Shown piece by piece: positions 58,864 to 59,613 of a DNA stretch of 59,613 bases. Position 1 is the stretch's first letter. Each line of letters starts with the position of its first letter. A program made the position numbers and the translations under genes. Source of the DNA: Clostridiales bacterium (GTDB lineage: Bacteria; Bacillota; Clostridia; Oscillospirales; Oscillospiraceae); NCBI GenBank assembly GCA_022770345.1, contig JALEII010000023.1, positions 1-59,613 on the forward strand. The letters run 5' to 3'. The notes under the pieces are model-generated. The model was not told the DNA's origin, ran no database searches, and saw nothing but the letters and a program-made list of their open reading frames with translations.

Positions 58864-58967
58864 TGTCATTCCGAGGCAGTGACCGATGTCACTGCCGTGG
58901 GAATCCGTATCCCCCACCTAAAGAGAACGGATTGCCGCACCAGTGTGAGCACTGGTTCGCAATGACA
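58864..58967. repeat. TGTC/CGTC-type REP/MITE-like element
   Basis: Terminal TGTCATTCCGA/TCGCAATGACA, internal GGCAGTGAC/GTCACTGCC and ACCAGTG/CACTGGT hairpins, AATCCGT/ACGGATT. Confidence 0.75.
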
Positions 58968-59058
58968 ATTCTCTATATAAAATTCCGTAACCGCAACAAC
59001 TATTCGTAATATTCCAACCAAATTATACAATCCATAATCATTTTAGGAGGATACAACG

Positions 59059-59613
59059 ATGATGCAGATGCGTACACATACCTGCAACGAGCTGCGTATG
59101 GAACACGTGGGCCAGCAGGTCAAGATCGTGGGCTGGATGGAGAACGTCCGCACCGTGGGTCAGAACTTCGCCTTCGTGGTGCTGCGTGACTTCTACGGCA
59201 CGACCCAGGTGGTGGTGGAGACCGAGGACATGATGACCATCATTAACGGCCTGAACAAGGAGTCCACCATCTCCGTGGAGGGCGTGGTGCGTGAGCGCGC
59301 CAGCAAGAACCCCAAGCAGGCCACCGGCGATGTGGAGGTCGTCCCCAGCAAGATCGAGGTGCTGGGCCGCTGCCGCTACAACTCCCTGCCCTTCGAGATC
59401 AACCGCAGCCGCGAGGCCGATGAGACGGCCCGCCTGAAGTACCGCTACCTCGACCTGCGTAACCCGGCGGTGAAGCAGAACATCATCCTGCGCTGCCAGG
59501 TGGTGGCCGCCCTCCGCGCCGCCATGACCGAGCACGGCTTCCTGGAGATCACCACCCCCATTCTGACGGCCTCCTCCCCCGAGGGTGCGCGTGACTACCT
59601 CGTCCCCGCCCGC
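59059..59613 (+). CDS. aspS: Aspartate--tRNA ligase (5' part; runs off the window)
   Basis: AGGAGG RBS; RTHTCNEL, LRDFYG, RLKYRYLDLR, TPILTASSPEGARDYLVP. Confidence 0.97.
   Translation, partial: MMQMRTHTCNELRMEHVGQQVKIVGWMENVRTVGQNFAFVVLRDFYGTTQVVVETEDMMTIINGLNKESTISVEGVVRERASKNPKQATGDVEVVPSKIEVLGRCRYNSLPFEINRSREADETARLKYRYLDLRNPAVKQNIILRCQVVAALRAAMTEHGFLEITTPILTASSPEGARDYLVPAR

Overview
Chromosomal window from a GC-rich, spore-forming clostridial Firmicute. The gene order spoIVFB-radical SAM, spoIIGA-sigE and minD-mgsA-hisS-aspS suggests Oscillospiraceae; this is an inference. Bases 1-3820 are the end of an AT-richer integrative element at the 3' end of tRNA-Pro(CGG). It holds a decayed IS3-family element with a long, structured non-coding right end, a HEPN-motif (RxxxxH) cargo gene, and a tyrosine integrase whose first catalytic Arg appears mutated to Cys. 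The rest is mostly housekeeping and sporulation genes: radical SAM pair, thrE-type exporter, spoIIGA-sigE, rex, rpiB, SDR, GH25, tldD-pmbA, trxA, cysteine desulfidase, RACo-type activator, MMPL transporter with a 1.4 kaa GLUG surface protein, DUF362, ABC/TetR, tcdA with rhodanese-TtcA, dehydratase-activase pair, plsC, MATE, ZIP, MacB-like ABC, groESL with CIRCE, minD, mgsA, hisS, aspS and three tRNAs. Many gene remnants and three kinds of REP-like repeat are scattered through it. Best leads: (1) a ~195-nt leader of tldD-pmbA with an anti-SD hexaloop and competing stems; (2) the HEPN cargo gene; (3) the MMPL + GLUG/coiled-coil/two-TM protein operon; (4) the structured IS3 end; (5) an MgsA lacking its catalytic residues next to a MinD lacking its membrane anchor; (6) a 19-bp-spacer MerR-type promoter; (7) a Cys-rich winged-helix-like gene divergent from trxA. 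All family assignments come from motif recognition by eye; no searches were run.
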